51,878 nucleotides of DNA from Hyphomicrobiales bacterium (GCA_022360615.1 JAKSCL010000323.1:1-51878); one strand, 5' to 3'; numbered from the stretch's first letter, positions 1 to 10,680 are shown. Made by a program: numbers and translations. Notes: generated by a model from the letters alone, not told the origin.

Positions 1-96
1 CAGATACTCCCAGATGCCAATCCCGGCGCTGACAAAGGCGATCATGAAGGTCAAAATCGAAGTGACATGCGCCCACCATTGGAGATCGAGGTTCAT
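1..96 (-). CDS. 5' end of a membrane-protein gene that runs off the left edge (MNLDLQWWAHVTSILTFMIAFVSAGIGIWEYL...)
   Basis: ATG at 96-94 on the minus strand, frame open to the window edge, hydrophobic helix. Too short in this window to appear in the ORF track. Confidence 0.3.
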   Translation of the reverse strand, partial: MNLDLQWWAHVTSILTFMIAFVSAGIGIWEYL

Positions 97-499
97 TGCG
101 ACAACCTGCGGTTACGGCAGAGACGAAATCCAAAAGGAGATTCGTCTTGACAACACAATAATTTTTCATCCGAAAACTACTTGAGTAAGTGACCTATACT
201 ATCAAACGATTCGTCAAGTATCTAAATGCGCCTGCACCGCTGAAAAAATGCGATGTCAAGACTTGATCGTAAATGGCGACAGGATAGCTTTGAGCGACCC
301 AACGAAAGAAGGGCCGGGCTGCCACCCGGCCCTTCTGAACCACTAACGGCGGTGCCTGTGGTTACAAGCAAATCACATCGCGCGTGCTTTCATGCACGTA
401 ATGAGTTGCTTTTCAGCGATACTGAATGTGCATCGAATGCACATGGACGTCAATTTGTGTTGGGTGGGCACCGCGTCTTTTTTTGCAGGAGACGTAAAA

Positions 500-793
500 A
501 TGTCCGAAGGCAGGCTGACCCGTGAAGAAGCCATAGAAGCCACCCATATGCGGTGGCTTGGAACAAAAGTCCGCGAAATCTGCGCCAAATTTGACGTTGA
601 TCCGCGCCGTCTCTACGAAGTCTGGGGCGGCGAGAGGTTCTCCGGTCTAATGGGCGTTGAAGGGGAGGCGTATCGTCGCTTCGCAGTGCTGTATCCCGAC
701 GAAGCAAAGGGCGTTGATCCGTCGCTGCATATTGAAACGCGTACGGTCACGAAGAGGACTGTTGAGGAAGAGAAGCAAAAAGAGCTTTTCTAA
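500..793 (+). CDS. small hypothetical protein (97 aa), possibly HTH-like
   Basis: Internal ATG of ORF 392..793 preceded by GGAGACG (487-493). Coding-like composition. Its stop overlaps the hisH stop convergently. No family recognised with certainty. Confidence 0.55.
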   Translation: MSEGRLTREEAIEATHMRWLGTKVREICAKFDVDPRRLYEVWGGERFSGLMGVEGEAYRRFAVLYPDEAKGVDPSLHIETRTVTKRTVEEEKQKELF

Positions 794-1437
794 GGCGACC
801 ACCTGAGAAAATTCGCGATCAGAGCCAGGCCAAGTGCTTGGCTCTTTTCCGGGTGGAACTGCGTACCGGCCACATTGTCCTTGCCCACAATGGCCGTGAC
901 GGCCCCGCCGTAATCGGTCCGGGCAAGCACGTCGTTTTCGTTCGCGGCCTCCAAATGGAAGGAGTGGACGAAATAGGCGTGCAGTCCGCCCGCACCTGTC
1001 GGGATGTTCTCAAGAAGCGGGTGCGGGCCTGCCTCAATCGTGTTCCAGCCCATATGGGGCACTTTCAGATCGGGATCGTCCGGCCTGATCTTGCAGACAT
1101 CGCCTGCAATCCAACCGAAACCATCGGTGATTTCTTTTTCGAGCCCACGTGCGGCCATCAATTGCATGCCGACACAGATGCCGAGAAAGGGCCGGCCTTT
1201 TTTTTCAACGGTCTCCGCGATCGCCTCATGCATACCGGCGACCGCATCGATGCCTTTTTTGCAATCTGCAAAGGCACCGACGCCTGGAAGAACGATGCGG
1301 TCCGCCGCAGCGACGGCTTCTGGATTATCGGTAACGGCAATCTCGGCATTGGTGCCTGTCTCACGGGCGGCATGCTCAAAGGCTTTTTCTGCCGAGCGCA
1401 GGTTGCCGGATCCATAATCGATGATTGCGAGCCGCAT
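790..1437 (-). CDS. hisH: imidazole glycerol phosphate synthase, glutamine amidotransferase subunit HisH
   Basis: [21 protein letters not shown]-terminus, the GICVGMQ nucleophile elbow and FHPEKS are typical of HisH. Confidence 0.95.
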   Translation of the reverse strand: MRLAIIDYGSGNLRSAEKAFEHAARETGTNAEIAVTDNPEAVAAADRIVLPGVGAFADCKKGIDAVAGMHEAIAETVEKKGRPFLGICVGMQLMAARGLEKEITDGFGWIAGDVCKIRPDDPDLKVPHMGWNTIEAGPHPLLENIPTGAGGLHAYFVHSFHLEAANENDVLARTDYGGAVTAIVGKDNVAGTQFHPEKSQALGLALIANFLRWSP

Positions 1438-1450
1438 GGATGCGGTTTCC

Positions 1451-1954
1451 TTATCTGCTGCGCGGTTCGGGATCGGGGAACAAGCCGATCACCTCGTTAT
1501 CCGCGGCGGGCGCCGGGCGCGTGCCTGTTTCCCCGGCCGTTGGCCGAACTCCGGCTGCGGCTTCCGGTCGATCACCAAGCCACCAAGCGAGCACCTTCTC
1601 CTCGCATTCGGGCAGGTTTTGGCCCGATACGACGGCCAATATCGTCCAGCCCTTTCTCTGCAAGCTCCAGCGGCGAAGCGCATTCGCCTCAAAGGCAAAC
1701 AAGAGCTGGAGGCAAAGAAAAGCCGCGGCGGCAGCTTCATCGCGAAGATCAAGACCCATCACGACGAGCTGCAACGCCAGCACAACCGCCAGAAAGCCGA
1801 GAAAAACCAGCCACATGCGATGTACGAGCATCCAGATGAGCGGAACCAGGAAAGCCCAGAAACTAAAACTCTCCTTGACGAAAACCATGCGGTCGGCCGC
1901 TTCGAGGGTGCGTGGCGCCCCCTCGGGGGGGATATGCACAGTATAGCTCGCCAT
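1451..1954 (-). CDS. DUF2628-type small membrane protein (the usual insert between hisB and hisH in Rhizobiales)
   Basis: Start trimmed to ATG 1954 ([12 protein letters not shown]...), preceded by AAGAGG. Two hydrophobic helices. Position between hisB and hisH. Confidence 0.75.
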   Translation of the reverse strand: MASYTVHIPPEGAPRTLEAADRMVFVKESFSFWAFLVPLIWMLVHRMWLVFLGFLAVVLALQLVVMGLDLRDEAAAAAFLCLQLLFAFEANALRRWSLQRKGWTILAVVSGQNLPECEEKVLAWWLGDRPEAAAGVRPTAGETGTRPAPAADNEVIGLFPDPEPRSR

Positions 1955-1967
1955 CACAAACCTCTTT

Positions 1968-2561
1968 TCAGCTGCCAAGCTGGCCTTTGGTGGAGGGCAC
2001 GGCGTCTTTCGCCCGGTCGTCGATCTCGACAGCGGCACGCAGAGCCCTCGCTAGACCCTTGAAGCAGGATTCGGCAATGTGGTGATTGTTCTCGCCGTAA
2101 AACGTCTCAACGTGCAGGGCTATTCCCGCATTCTGCGCAAATGCGTGAAACCACTCGCGGAAAAGCTCCGTGTCCATGTCACCGATTTTCCCGGTACTGA
2201 AGGCCACGCGCCAAACCAGGACCGGCCGACCGGAGATGTCGACGGCGACACGTGTCAACGCCTCGTCCATCGGCACGGTTGCATCGGCATAGCGTCGGAT
2301 ACCGCGCATATCGCCAAGGGCTTGCCCGAACGCTTGGCCAAGAGCGATGCCCACATCTTCCGCAGTATGGTGGAAATCGATATGGAGATCGCCGGCCGCC
2401 TTGACGGCGATATCGAAAAGCCCGTGACGCGCGAGCTGATCGAGCATATGGTCCAGAAATCCCACGCCCGTCTTGATGTCGGAGCTACCGGTTCCGTCGA
2501 GAGACACAATCACTGCAATGTCCGTTTCCCGGGTTTTTCGAGCGATTTCCGCTTTGCGCAT
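1968..2561 (-). CDS. hisB: imidazoleglycerol-phosphate dehydratase HisB
   Basis: RKTRETDI, the [12 protein letters not shown] and NNHHIAES histidine-rich motifs, 197 aa. Confidence 0.95.
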   Translation of the reverse strand: MRKAEIARKTRETDIAVIVSLDGTGSSDIKTGVGFLDHMLDQLARHGLFDIAVKAAGDLHIDFHHTAEDVGIALGQAFGQALGDMRGIRRYADATVPMDEALTRVAVDISGRPVLVWRVAFSTGKIGDMDTELFREWFHAFAQNAGIALHVETFYGENNHHIAESCFKGLARALRAAVEIDDRAKDAVPSTKGQLGS

Positions 2562-2763
2562 GATTTCCTGCCGACCGGCAGCCCTCTTGAAATGAAGCCG
2601 GTTTCTAGCAGCCTTCCCCGCACTTGACTATAGAAGGGCCGGGGCAAACTCACCGCGCGTACGAAACTCTTTCCGAAATGCCTTGCAAGGAATAGATCAT
2701 GGAAACCGCAAGCGGGCTGCATGCTGTGCCCGCTTCTTCATTTCTTTCGAAAAGGCATGCGCA

Positions 2764-3330
2764 ATGATTGAACCCCGCTCTGATAGCGCATTCGCAACTT
2801 GGCACGGCACGACGATTCTCACGGTCCGCAAGGGCGGGAAAGTGGTGGTTGCCGGCGATGGACAGGTCAGTCTCGGGCAGACGGTTATCAAGCACCGGGC
2901 GAAGAAAGTGCGTCCCATCGGCGATGGTTCCGTGATCGGAGGTTTCGCGGGCGCGACCGCGGATGCCTTCACACTGTTTGAACGGCTCGAATCAAAACTT
3001 GAGCAATATCCCGCACAGTTGATGCGGGCATGCGTCGAGCTCGCCAAGGACTGGCGCACCGACCGCTATTTGCGCCGCTTGGAGGCGATGATGATCGTCG
3101 CAGACAAATCGGCGAGCCTCGTCCTCTCTGGAACGGGGGATGTCCTCGAACCCGATGGCGGCGTCATGGGCATCGGCTCGGGCGGCAACTATGCGCTCGC
3201 CGCAGCGCGCGCGCTCTTGGAAACCGATAACGACGCGGAGACGATTGCCCGCAAGGCCATGGAAATCGCAGCCGATATCTGCGTCTACACCAACAGGGAG
3301 ATCGTTCTTGAACAACTCGATGCTCAGTGA
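2764..3330 (+). CDS. hslV: ATP-dependent protease subunit HslV
   Basis: [24 protein letters not shown] catalytic-Thr region. Start trimmed to ATG 2764 inside ORF 2683..3330. Confidence 0.93.
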   Translation: MIEPRSDSAFATWHGTTILTVRKGGKVVVAGDGQVSLGQTVIKHRAKKVRPIGDGSVIGGFAGATADAFTLFERLESKLEQYPAQLMRACVELAKDWRTDRYLRRLEAMMIVADKSASLVLSGTGDVLEPDGGVMGIGSGGNYALAAARALLETDNDAETIARKAMEIAADICVYTNREIVLEQLDAQ

Positions 3331-4393
3331 TGCCGATCTCGAACTCGGGATCGCGGAAGGGATCATATCCGTTGATCAGGCAGAACGCCTAAAGGCGCTC
3401 GCGGCTCAGCGGCGCGGCGAGGCCGTGACCTATGCAAGCGGCGACGAGCCGTTCCGGCTGTTCAGGGGATTCCGTGATTTCTTCCTCGCTCTTGGCCTTT
3501 TGCTGCTCGGCTCCGGCGCCGCTTCGCTCGGTGTCTGGTTGACCGGGAATTGGCACAGACCGGATACCGCTCCTTTGATTGCGGTCGCGATTTGGCTGGG
3601 GTTTGCGGGTATTGCCTGGCTTTTTGCTGAATGGATCACGCGCCGGCTGAGGTTGCCGCTCTCAAGCATTGTCATTCTTGGCTTTGTCGCGGGTGTCGCC
3701 GGCATCGCCGGAGGGTTCTTAACGTTTGTTCCCGCTCCATCTTCGGTCCCGCCCGAGGGGATGCCGCTCACGGTTGCGTTTCTTGCAGCATTAGCGGCAA
3801 CGGTTCTCTTTTACTGGCGGTTCCGGCTGCCGTTTGCGCTGTTTGCAATTGCCGCGACGTTGGCAGGAACTGCGCTTGCCTTCACATTCTGGAATTATCC
3901 CGATTGGGCGGAGGCCAATTCACGTATCGTCGCCGGGCTTGTTGGACTTGCGGTTTTTATCGCAGCACTTTCCTACGACATTCGCGATCCGCGCCGCCTG
4001 ACACGATTTTCGGAATGCGGCCTTTGGCTTCATATGCTGGCCGCCCCGCTTCTGGTTCATGCGGCTGTGGGCGGTGTCCAACATGGTCTGGATATTCAAT
4101 CGTTTGGCGAGGCGACACGGATATTCCTTTTTGTCTCACTTCTAAGCGGCATCGCGCTTTTGATCGACAGGCGAGCCCTTCTTGCCTCCTCGCTCATCTA
4201 TTTGGGCGCAGCGGTCTATGCCACCATATCCGGGGCGGGGCTGTCGGATGATTTGGTCATCATTCTCACCTTAATGAGCATTGGCGGTTTTGTGGTTCTT
4301 CTTGGAACCGCGTGGACCGCAATCCGGAATCTCTTCATCGGGCTTCTGCCCGAAGGCCGGTTTCGTGACGCTCTACCGCCGATACGCCCATGA
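3320..4393 (+). CDS. polytopic membrane protein of unknown function inserted between hslV and hslU
   Basis: ATG 3320 ([14 protein letters not shown]...) overlaps the hslV 3' end by 11 nt. Soluble N-terminal segment followed by many hydrophobic helices. Confidence 0.7.
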   Translation: MLSDADLELGIAEGIISVDQAERLKALAAQRRGEAVTYASGDEPFRLFRGFRDFFLALGLLLLGSGAASLGVWLTGNWHRPDTAPLIAVAIWLGFAGIAWLFAEWITRRLRLPLSSIVILGFVAGVAGIAGGFLTFVPAPSSVPPEGMPLTVAFLAALAATVLFYWRFRLPFALFAIAATLAGTALAFTFWNYPDWAEANSRIVAGLVGLAVFIAALSYDIRDPRRLTRFSECGLWLHMLAAPLLVHAAVGGVQHGLDIQSFGEATRIFLFVSLLSGIALLIDRRALLASSLIYLGAAVYATISGAGLSDDLVIILTLMSIGGFVVLLGTAWTAIRNLFIGLLPEGRFRDALPPIRP

Positions 4394-4404
4394 GTGGAGC
4401 TTTC

Positions 4405-4566
4405 ATGACACCTATCCGGGTGATCACAAACCCCTATGCCAAGCGTTTTCGGGCAATGCGGGCCTACACCAGAGCCGTTCCCACACCATTTGAGAGTTAT
4501 CGCGACGCTGAGGGCGCAATGTTTTTAATGGAATACAAGGCTTTCAGCGCTGAGGAGTGCGTATGA
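4405..4566 (+). CDS. candidate 53-aa ORF whose stop overlaps the hslU start ([53 protein letters not shown])
   Basis: GGAG at 4396-4399 lies 5 nt before ATG 4405. Stop TGA 4564-4566 overlaps the hslU ATG 4563 (ATGA). Below the ORF-track length cutoff. No family recognised. Confidence 0.3.
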   Translation: MTPIRVITNPYAKRFRAMRAYTRAVPTPFESYRDAEGAMFLMEYKAFSAEECV

Positions 4567-5870
4567 CGAATTTTTCCCCCCGCGAGATCGTATCCGAGCT
4601 CGACCGCTATATTATCGGCCAGAAGGATGCCAAACGCGCTGTTGCGATTGCGCTGCGCAACCGCTGGCGGCGTCAGCAGCTTGAAGGCGATATGCGCGAA
4701 GAGGTTCTGCCGAAGAATATTTTGATGATTGGCCCGACGGGCGTGGGCAAGACCGAGATTTCAAGGCGGCTCGCAAAGCTCGCCAATGCCCCTTTCATCA
4801 AGATCGAGGCGACGAAATTCACGGAAGTGGGCTATGTGGGCCGCGATGTCGAGCAGATCGTACGCGATCTGGTTGAAGCAGCCATCGGGCTGGTGCGCGA
4901 GGGAAAACGCAAGGATGTGCAGGCGCGCGCGCATTTAAACGCTGAGGAACGGGTTCTTGACGCGCTTGTCGGCGAAACCGGTTCAAAAGCGACGCGCGAT
5001 ACATTCCGGCAGCGGCTGCGTTCTGGCGAGCTGGATGACCGGGAAATCGAGGTTCAGGTGCGCGACACCGGTTCCGGCCTGCCAGCTTTCGATGTGCCGG
5101 GTATGCCGGGGGCGAGCGTCGGCATGATCAATCTGAACGACATGTTGGGCAAAGCCTTCGGGCAACGCATGAAAAGCCGGCGGCTCAATGTGCGCGATTC
5201 CTACGATATCTTGATCGCTGAGGAATCGGACAAACTGCTCGACGATGATCAGATCCTGCAGGAGGCCATCGAGATCACCGAGAATGACGGCATCGTTTTT
5301 CTCGATGAGATCGACAAAATCTGCGCCCGTGAGGGCCGCATGGGCGGCGATGTGAGCCGCGAGGGTGTGCAGCGCGATCTTTTGCCGCTTATTGAAGGAA
5401 CGACCGTTTCAACAAAACACGGGCCGGTGAAAACCGATCATATTCTCTTTATCGCCTCAGGCGCGTTCCATGTTGCGAAGCCCTCCGATCTTTTGCCTGA
5501 GCTTCAGGGCCGCCTGCCGATCCGGGTGGAATTGCGCCCCCTCGATAAGGAAGACTTCAGGCGCATTCTGACGGAAACCGAGGCGAGTCTGATCAAGCAG
5601 TACAGGGCCTTGATGGACACCGAAGGCGTGGCGCTTGACTTCACCGACGACGCTATCGATGCCATTGCGGGTATCGCTGTTGACATCAACTCGACCGTTG
5701 AAAACATCGGCGCAAGGCGATTGCAGACGGTGATGGAACGGATTCTCGATGACATCTCTTTCAATGCCCCGGACCGTTCGGGCGAAACGGTCACGGTGGA
5801 TGCGGATTTCGTCGAGAGCCATATCGGTGATCTTGCCCGGAATGCTGATCTGAGCCGGTTTATTCTTTGA
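4563..5870 (+). CDS. hslU: ATP-dependent protease ATPase subunit HslU
   Basis: [32 protein letters not shown], Walker [23 protein letters not shown] 4563 follows GAGGAG. Confidence 0.95.
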   Translation: MTNFSPREIVSELDRYIIGQKDAKRAVAIALRNRWRRQQLEGDMREEVLPKNILMIGPTGVGKTEISRRLAKLANAPFIKIEATKFTEVGYVGRDVEQIVRDLVEAAIGLVREGKRKDVQARAHLNAEERVLDALVGETGSKATRDTFRQRLRSGELDDREIEVQVRDTGSGLPAFDVPGMPGASVGMINLNDMLGKAFGQRMKSRRLNVRDSYDILIAEESDKLLDDDQILQEAIEITENDGIVFLDEIDKICAREGRMGGDVSREGVQRDLLPLIEGTTVSTKHGPVKTDHILFIASGAFHVAKPSDLLPELQGRLPIRVELRPLDKEDFRRILTETEASLIKQYRALMDTEGVALDFTDDAIDAIAGIAVDINSTVENIGARRLQTVMERILDDISFNAPDRSGETVTVDADFVESHIGDLARNADLSRFIL

Positions 5871-5884
5871 TCGCCCGAGAGGAT

Positions 5885-6499
5885 TTACCGCGTTACGGTT
5901 TTCCGCCTAAGGCGCACGTAAAGCGCACCTTCCCCGCCATGATTGCGGTGCGCGGTTTCAATGCCGATCACAAGCGGACGTAAATCAGCCCGCATCAGCC
6001 ATTGCGGCACGAGGCGGCGCAGTACGCCTGGCTCCTCCCTTGCCTGCCACCAAGAATGGTCCGAACCCCGGGCCGAACCCTTACCTGTAATCACCAGAAC
6101 ATTGCGGTGACCGCGGCTCTGCGCGGAGATGAGAAACCGGCGCAGAGCGTCATGCGCTTCGTTCTGGCGCATGCCATGGAGGTCGATGCGGGCCTCGATG
6201 GGCAATTGCCCTTTTGAGATGCGCTGGCGGGTGCGCGGCTCGAGCTTGGGGGGCGTCTCTGCTTTTTGGGTAGGCGGCTTGCTTGAGAGCGGCAGACGGC
6301 CGTTCCATTTCACTGGGCGCGGCGTTGCCTCGACAGTGCTTTTGGCTTTTTCGGTTTTTGTGTCCAGTGGAGTGGCCCGCGATAGCCGGGGAGCGGCATG
6401 CGGCGGTTTCAACGGTTTGACGCTTTCCGCTACTTTCGACCAGAGTTCGGCATCTTCAGGGTCGAGGCCGGATTGATCCGCCGGCTTTTTCCGCGTCAT
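5885..6499 (-). CDS. Smr/MutS2-family domain protein
   Basis: C-terminal Smr domain (RIDLHGMRQNEAHDALRRFL...VLVITGKG). ATG overlaps the mltA stop (ATGA). Confidence 0.85.
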   Translation of the reverse strand: MTRKKPADQSGLDPEDAELWSKVAESVKPLKPPHAAPRLSRATPLDTKTEKAKSTVEATPRPVKWNGRLPLSSKPPTQKAETPPKLEPRTRQRISKGQLPIEARIDLHGMRQNEAHDALRRFLISAQSRGHRNVLVITGKGSARGSDHSWWQAREEPGVLRRLVPQWLMRADLRPLVIGIETAHRNHGGEGALYVRLRRKTVTR

Positions 6500-7737
6500 C
6501 CGTCTTTGCCTGGTTTCGGCAGAAGAACCACAAAATCCTCCGGCGGATGTTGAACGCGGCCGGCCACTTCGCCCGCATCAGCCCCGCTTCCGAAAAAGAT
6601 ATCGGCACGTGCGGGGCCAACAATGGCGGAGCCTGTGTCTTGCGCAATCATCAATCGGCGAAACGCTCTCGTTTCGCCTTTGGCACCCAGCGGTAAATAC
6701 GCAGACACCCATATGAGCGTTCCATAGGCGTGAAGCGACGTATCGATCGCTAAGCTCCGCCCGGCGGTTAACTGAACACCTTCGCCGCCAACCGGACCAA
6801 GCGACGTTTCAAGTTCATCATTCGCCTGGAAGAAAATAAAGGAGCGGTTCTGGCGCATGTAATGGCGTGCGGCTTCGGGGTTGGCGCGAAGCCAGGCTTT
6901 TATCTCCTCGGCACCGACAGTGCGTTCATCGAAAAGGCCATCTTCACGCATCAGTCTGCCGATCGACGTGTAGGAGTGGCCGGACTTGCCGGCAAAACCC
7001 AGACGTATGACCGAGTCATCCCGCAGTCTTACCGTCAGTGATCCTTGGATATGGGCAAAAAAAGCATCGACCGGATCGGCGAGATAGACAAGTTCGAGAC
7101 CCTTTCCTGAAAGGGCGCCGTCTTCGATGGCCGGACGATCAAAATGGGGCACAAGCCCCTTTGCCGTTTGACGCGCAGCGTCCAGTTCTTTCGGGAACTG
7201 GTCTGGCCGATTGCCGTCATTGATTGAGACGAGATCCTGCGGCCGCGCATAAAGCGGTACCGTGAACCGGTCGTCTTTTTGCTTGGCACCGTCCAATTCA
7301 GGTTCGAAATATCCGGTCAGCAAACCGGCCGGGCTAGGGGAAACGCGATAGGGTGTGAAATGGTTTTCAAAAAACTGCCGCGCCTTTATGGCGGACAAGC
7401 TTTCCGTCAGGCCCAGAGCGCGGGCGCAGATCTCAATGAAACCGGAGGCTGCTTCGGTATCCGCACGACCGGGACGGAGAGCCGCGGCGCGGTCGTGGCG
7501 GACCTTACAGGACACCTGGAAAACCTTCAGTGCCGCAGCATGATCGTCTTCCCGCCAACCAGAGAGCGCTTCGAAACCTATCGGTTCAAGCGGTGTCCCG
7601 TCGGGGAGGTTTGAAATTGCTTCAGAAGCAGCGACGGTCATGGCCCAGAGGCCAGAGGCGAAAACAAAAGCAAAAAGACAGAGCGAATGTGACGCGAAGA
7701 GGGATGAAGAGTTGCTGGAATGCCCTGCCTCAATCAC
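6496..7737 (-). CDS. mltA: murein transglycosylase A (MltA family)
   Basis: MltA and 3D domain sequence (GYFEPE..., AQDTGSAIVGPARADIFFG). Start uncertain. I chose GTG 7737 because the upstream ATGs would overlap the Tim44-like gene. Confidence 0.85.
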   Translation of the reverse strand: MIEAGHSSNSSSLFASHSLCLFAFVFASGLWAMTVAASEAISNLPDGTPLEPIGFEALSGWREDDHAAALKVFQVSCKVRHDRAAALRPGRADTEAASGFIEICARALGLTESLSAIKARQFFENHFTPYRVSPSPAGLLTGYFEPELDGAKQKDDRFTVPLYARPQDLVSINDGNRPDQFPKELDAARQTAKGLVPHFDRPAIEDGALSGKGLELVYLADPVDAFFAHIQGSLTVRLRDDSVIRLGFAGKSGHSYTSIGRLMREDGLFDERTVGAEEIKAWLRANPEAARHYMRQNRSFIFFQANDELETSLGPVGGEGVQLTAGRSLAIDTSLHAYGTLIWVSAYLPLGAKGETRAFRRLMIAQDTGSAIVGPARADIFFGSGADAGEVAGRVQHPPEDFVVLLPKPGKDG

Positions 7738-8488
7738 CAGCCTCTGTCGCCACCAATTGCCAGTTTGGATCACGGGAATTTGTATCGCGGGCGAATGTCC
7801 ATACATCCGTGACGTCTGAGACGGTCTGCGTGTCCCCCTCAACGACATCGCCATCCTTGCTAAGCGTTGCTGAAACAAGCTGGCTCCGGAATTTCACGGT
7901 CACATGCGCAACCGAACCCTTGAGTTCGGCGTCCTGGATGTCCGCCGCCGAAATACCGATAAAGCGGGATTCGATGCGCTCGCCGCGTGCCTCGCGGTCG
8001 GAAATGGCCGCAATGAAGCCGTCAAAGACATCAGGGCTCAAAAGCGAACGCAGCATGCGGCGGTCGCCATCAGCAAAGGCTGTGACGATCATTTCATAAG
8101 CCGCCTCGGCCCCTTGCAGGAACTCCCGCGGTTCGAATGCCCGGTCGACGTTGCGGATGGCGAGCAAGCCTTCCGACAGAACTGTGCCCGGTTTTGCAAA
8201 GTCTTTCCAGGCTTCCTCGTCAATATCGTCGGGCTTTCCGCCAATGCCGGTCGTTTCACCGGCTGGACGACCACTGGTCGGCAGATTAACGACTTTGTCG
8301 TTTCCGCCTGCTGCACCGCTAGCCGGATAATCCATCGGCGGACGTTCATGGCCAGTGCGGCGCCCGAGAACGCTTCTCAACCGAAGGAAAATTACGACGG
8401 CTAATACCAGGAATATGATTGTTGAGATGTCAAACACGGTTCTTGCCGGCACATCCAATGTTGTTTGCGCGCTTTTACGCGCGTCCAT
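7730..8488 (-). CDS. Tim44-like domain protein (inner-membrane anchored)
   Basis: N-terminal TM helix, then the C-terminal Tim44-like fold signature (FLQGAEAAYEMIVTAFADGD...WTFARD). Confidence 0.85.
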   Translation of the reverse strand: MDARKSAQTTLDVPARTVFDISTIIFLVLAVVIFLRLRSVLGRRTGHERPPMDYPASGAAGGNDKVVNLPTSGRPAGETTGIGGKPDDIDEEAWKDFAKPGTVLSEGLLAIRNVDRAFEPREFLQGAEAAYEMIVTAFADGDRRMLRSLLSPDVFDGFIAAISDREARGERIESRFIGISAADIQDAELKGSVAHVTVKFRSQLVSATLSKDGDVVEGDTQTVSDVTDVWTFARDTNSRDPNWQLVATEAGD

Positions 8489-8677
8489 AATGTATGATCA
8501 GGCCCAGGCGCTATGCGGCTTGATGCACGGCTCTACGCCGGCTCGCACATTACCATGTAAGGCGTCATACGCGACCTACCAGTGGCATGCCAAGCCCTAA
8601 GAAAGCGGTTCTAGAAAATTCATGCAATACTCATATGGGAATGGTGGGCTTTCGTTTCAGCGTTTCGGTAGGTTTTG

Positions 8678-9211
8678 ATGCTGTTTTATCTCATCTTAGC
8701 GGCTTTCATCGGCATTCCGATCATCGAAATCGCTCTGTTTATCCAGGTTGGATCCCTCATCGGTCTTCTGCCAACGCTTGGGATTGTGGTTCTCACAGCC
8801 ATTATCGGGACGGCTCTGCTACGCCGCCAAGGTCTGGCGGTGCTTACACAAGCGCGAAACGATATGGATAGTGGCCGTGTTCCCGTCGACAGCGTTGCCG
8901 ATGGAGCATTCCTTCTCGTTGCCGGCGCATTTCTTCTGACACCCGGGTTTTTCACCGATGCGATCGGTTTTGCTCTGCTGATGCCCGTGGTGCGCACCGC
9001 GCTTCGCCGACGTGCCCATGGCTGGTTTAAAAAGCATGTCGTCGTGACGAGTTATTCGGAGAGCCATACGACGAGAAACCGGTCAGAGCCACACCGGCAG
9101 GACGGAACCATTATCGAAGGTGAAGCTGTTGAGGTGGATTTCCCAGATTCTGAAGAGATGCGAGAGGGAACCGGTAAACCCGATCCAAAGTCCCCTTGGC
9201 ACACATCATAA
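8678..9211 (+). CDS. fxsA: FxsA family membrane protein
   Basis: MLFYLILAAFIGIPIIEIALFIQVG...LLTPGFFTD is characteristic of FxsA. Confidence 0.85.
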   Translation: MLFYLILAAFIGIPIIEIALFIQVGSLIGLLPTLGIVVLTAIIGTALLRRQGLAVLTQARNDMDSGRVPVDSVADGAFLLVAGAFLLTPGFFTDAIGFALLMPVVRTALRRRAHGWFKKHVVVTSYSESHTTRNRSEPHRQDGTIIEGEAVEVDFPDSEEMREGTGKPDPKSPWHTS

Positions 9212-9334
9212 GATAACCCCCATAAAGCCTCTGGCCTTGTGCACGTCCCTTGGGCGTGCTAGCCGACCGTAAAGCCGGATCGTTTCCGGCCAGCGGATCA
9301 AAGTATTACATCAGTTAGTTGGAGACGCGTCGCA

Positions 9335-9901
9335 ATGGCCGATGAGCCGGGAAACACGCCGAAGGGAAATGGCGAAGGCGCCGCAGCAGGCGGTGGGGGC
9401 TCCGCACCGGCGGCACCGAGCATTAACGTTCTTCTTCAATATGTGAAGGATCTGTCCTTTGAGAATCCAGGTGCGCCGCAAGCACTGATCCCTCAGAAAA
9501 GCCCGCCGAAAATCGAGATCGGTGTCAATGTGGATGCGACAACCCTCGGCAGCGATAATTTCGAGGTGGAAATCGGCATTAACGCCAATGGAACAGCACA
9601 AGCGGAAGGCGAATCTGAAGGATCAACGCCTCCGGCGGTTTTCGCGGTTGAGCTGCGGTATGCCGGCGTTTTCCGGATTCAGAACGTGCCGCAGGAAAGC
9701 CTGCATGCCGTCGTTCTTATCGAATGCCCGCGCATTCTCTTTCCTTTTGCACGGCAGGTGATTGCCGATGCCACACGCAATGGTGGCTTTCCGCCCTTGA
9801 TGATCGACCCGATCGATTTCGCCGCTCTTTACCGGCAGCGCTTGGAGCGCGCAGCGGCTGCACAAGAAAGCGCAAAAAGCAAGGAACAGGCTGACGGCTA
9901 A
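9335..9901 (+). CDS. secB: protein-export chaperone SecB (with a Gly/Ala-rich N-terminal extension)
   Basis: LLQYVKDLSFENP...ECPRILFPFARQVIADATRNGGFPPLMIDPIDF. Confidence 0.9.
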   Translation: MADEPGNTPKGNGEGAAAGGGGSAPAAPSINVLLQYVKDLSFENPGAPQALIPQKSPPKIEIGVNVDATTLGSDNFEVEIGINANGTAQAEGESEGSTPPAVFAVELRYAGVFRIQNVPQESLHAVVLIECPRILFPFARQVIADATRNGGFPPLMIDPIDFAALYRQRLERAAAAQESAKSKEQADG

Positions 9902-9924
9902 GCCAAACGCTTTTCCATGAGATT

Positions 9925-10656
9925 TTATTTTCGGGTTTTGTCCGAACCGGAGGCTGCCGCGATTTCCCCATCATAACGCGCCCAGATCGGTTCACCTGAA
10001 AAGGTGCTGACAAAGGCGCGGTGGGCGGCACGCGTCTGATCGTCCATCTGAAATGGCTGCGGGATTCTGCGCGGCTCGGCGCTTTTGGCAGCAGCCCTGA
10101 CGCGGGTGGTTGAGCTGTGCTGTCGGCCGAGTTCGAATGCCGCCTGCCGGCCGCCCGTCAATTCAATGAACACCTCACAGAGAAGCTGGGCGTCGAGAAG
10201 CGCGCCGTGCAGCTCCCGCTTGGTGTTGTCGATACCGTAACGTTGACAGAGCGCATCGAGGCTGTTCTGCGCGCCCGGGTGCTTGCGCCGGGCGAGGTCA
10301 AGCGTATCCACAACCCGGTGCATAGGAATTGCAGCCGCGCCAACCCGTTCAAGCTCCGCATTGATGAAGCCCATATCGAAGGAGGCGTTGTGTATCACGA
10401 GACGCCCATCGCCAAGAAACTCGAGGAAGGAACTGGCGATATTGGCAAAGACCGGTTTGTCTGAAAGAAACTCGGCTGAAAGGCCGTGCACGCGAAAGGC
10501 CTCGATGGGCATGTCGCGCTCGGGATTGATGTAGCGTTGCCAAGTCTTGCCGGTCGGAATCTGATTCAACAACTCGACACATCCGATTTCGACAATGCGG
10601 TCGCTGCCGCGCGCATCAAGCCCGGTCGTTTCGGTATCGAGAATAATATCGCGCAT
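9925..10656 (-). CDS. dnaQ: DNA polymerase III subunit epsilon (proofreading exonuclease)
   Basis: Exo motifs: ILDTETTGL, HNASFD, HGALLDAQLL. Confidence 0.93.
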   Translation of the reverse strand: MRDIILDTETTGLDARGSDRIVEIGCVELLNQIPTGKTWQRYINPERDMPIEAFRVHGLSAEFLSDKPVFANIASSFLEFLGDGRLVIHNASFDMGFINAELERVGAAAIPMHRVVDTLDLARRKHPGAQNSLDALCQRYGIDNTKRELHGALLDAQLLCEVFIELTGGRQAAFELGRQHSSTTRVRAAAKSAEPRRIPQPFQMDDQTRAAHRAFVSTFSGEPIWARYDGEIAAASGSDKTRK

Positions 10657-10680
10657 TGATTAGCTGTCTCAACATGGGTT

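Noticed and set aside
838-1839. 333-aa ORF on the plus strand
   Set aside because: It is fully antisense to hisH and the DUF2628 gene. The sequence is Arg/Pro/Ala-rich and low-complexity, typical of shadow frames in GC-rich DNA, and there is no motif or RBS.
2562-2763. Heat-shock (RpoH) promoter upstream of hslV
   Set aside because: CTTGAAA at 2586-2592 is present, but the nearest CCCC-type -10 element is 24 nt away, which is too far. No convincing match was found, so it is not reported as a feature.
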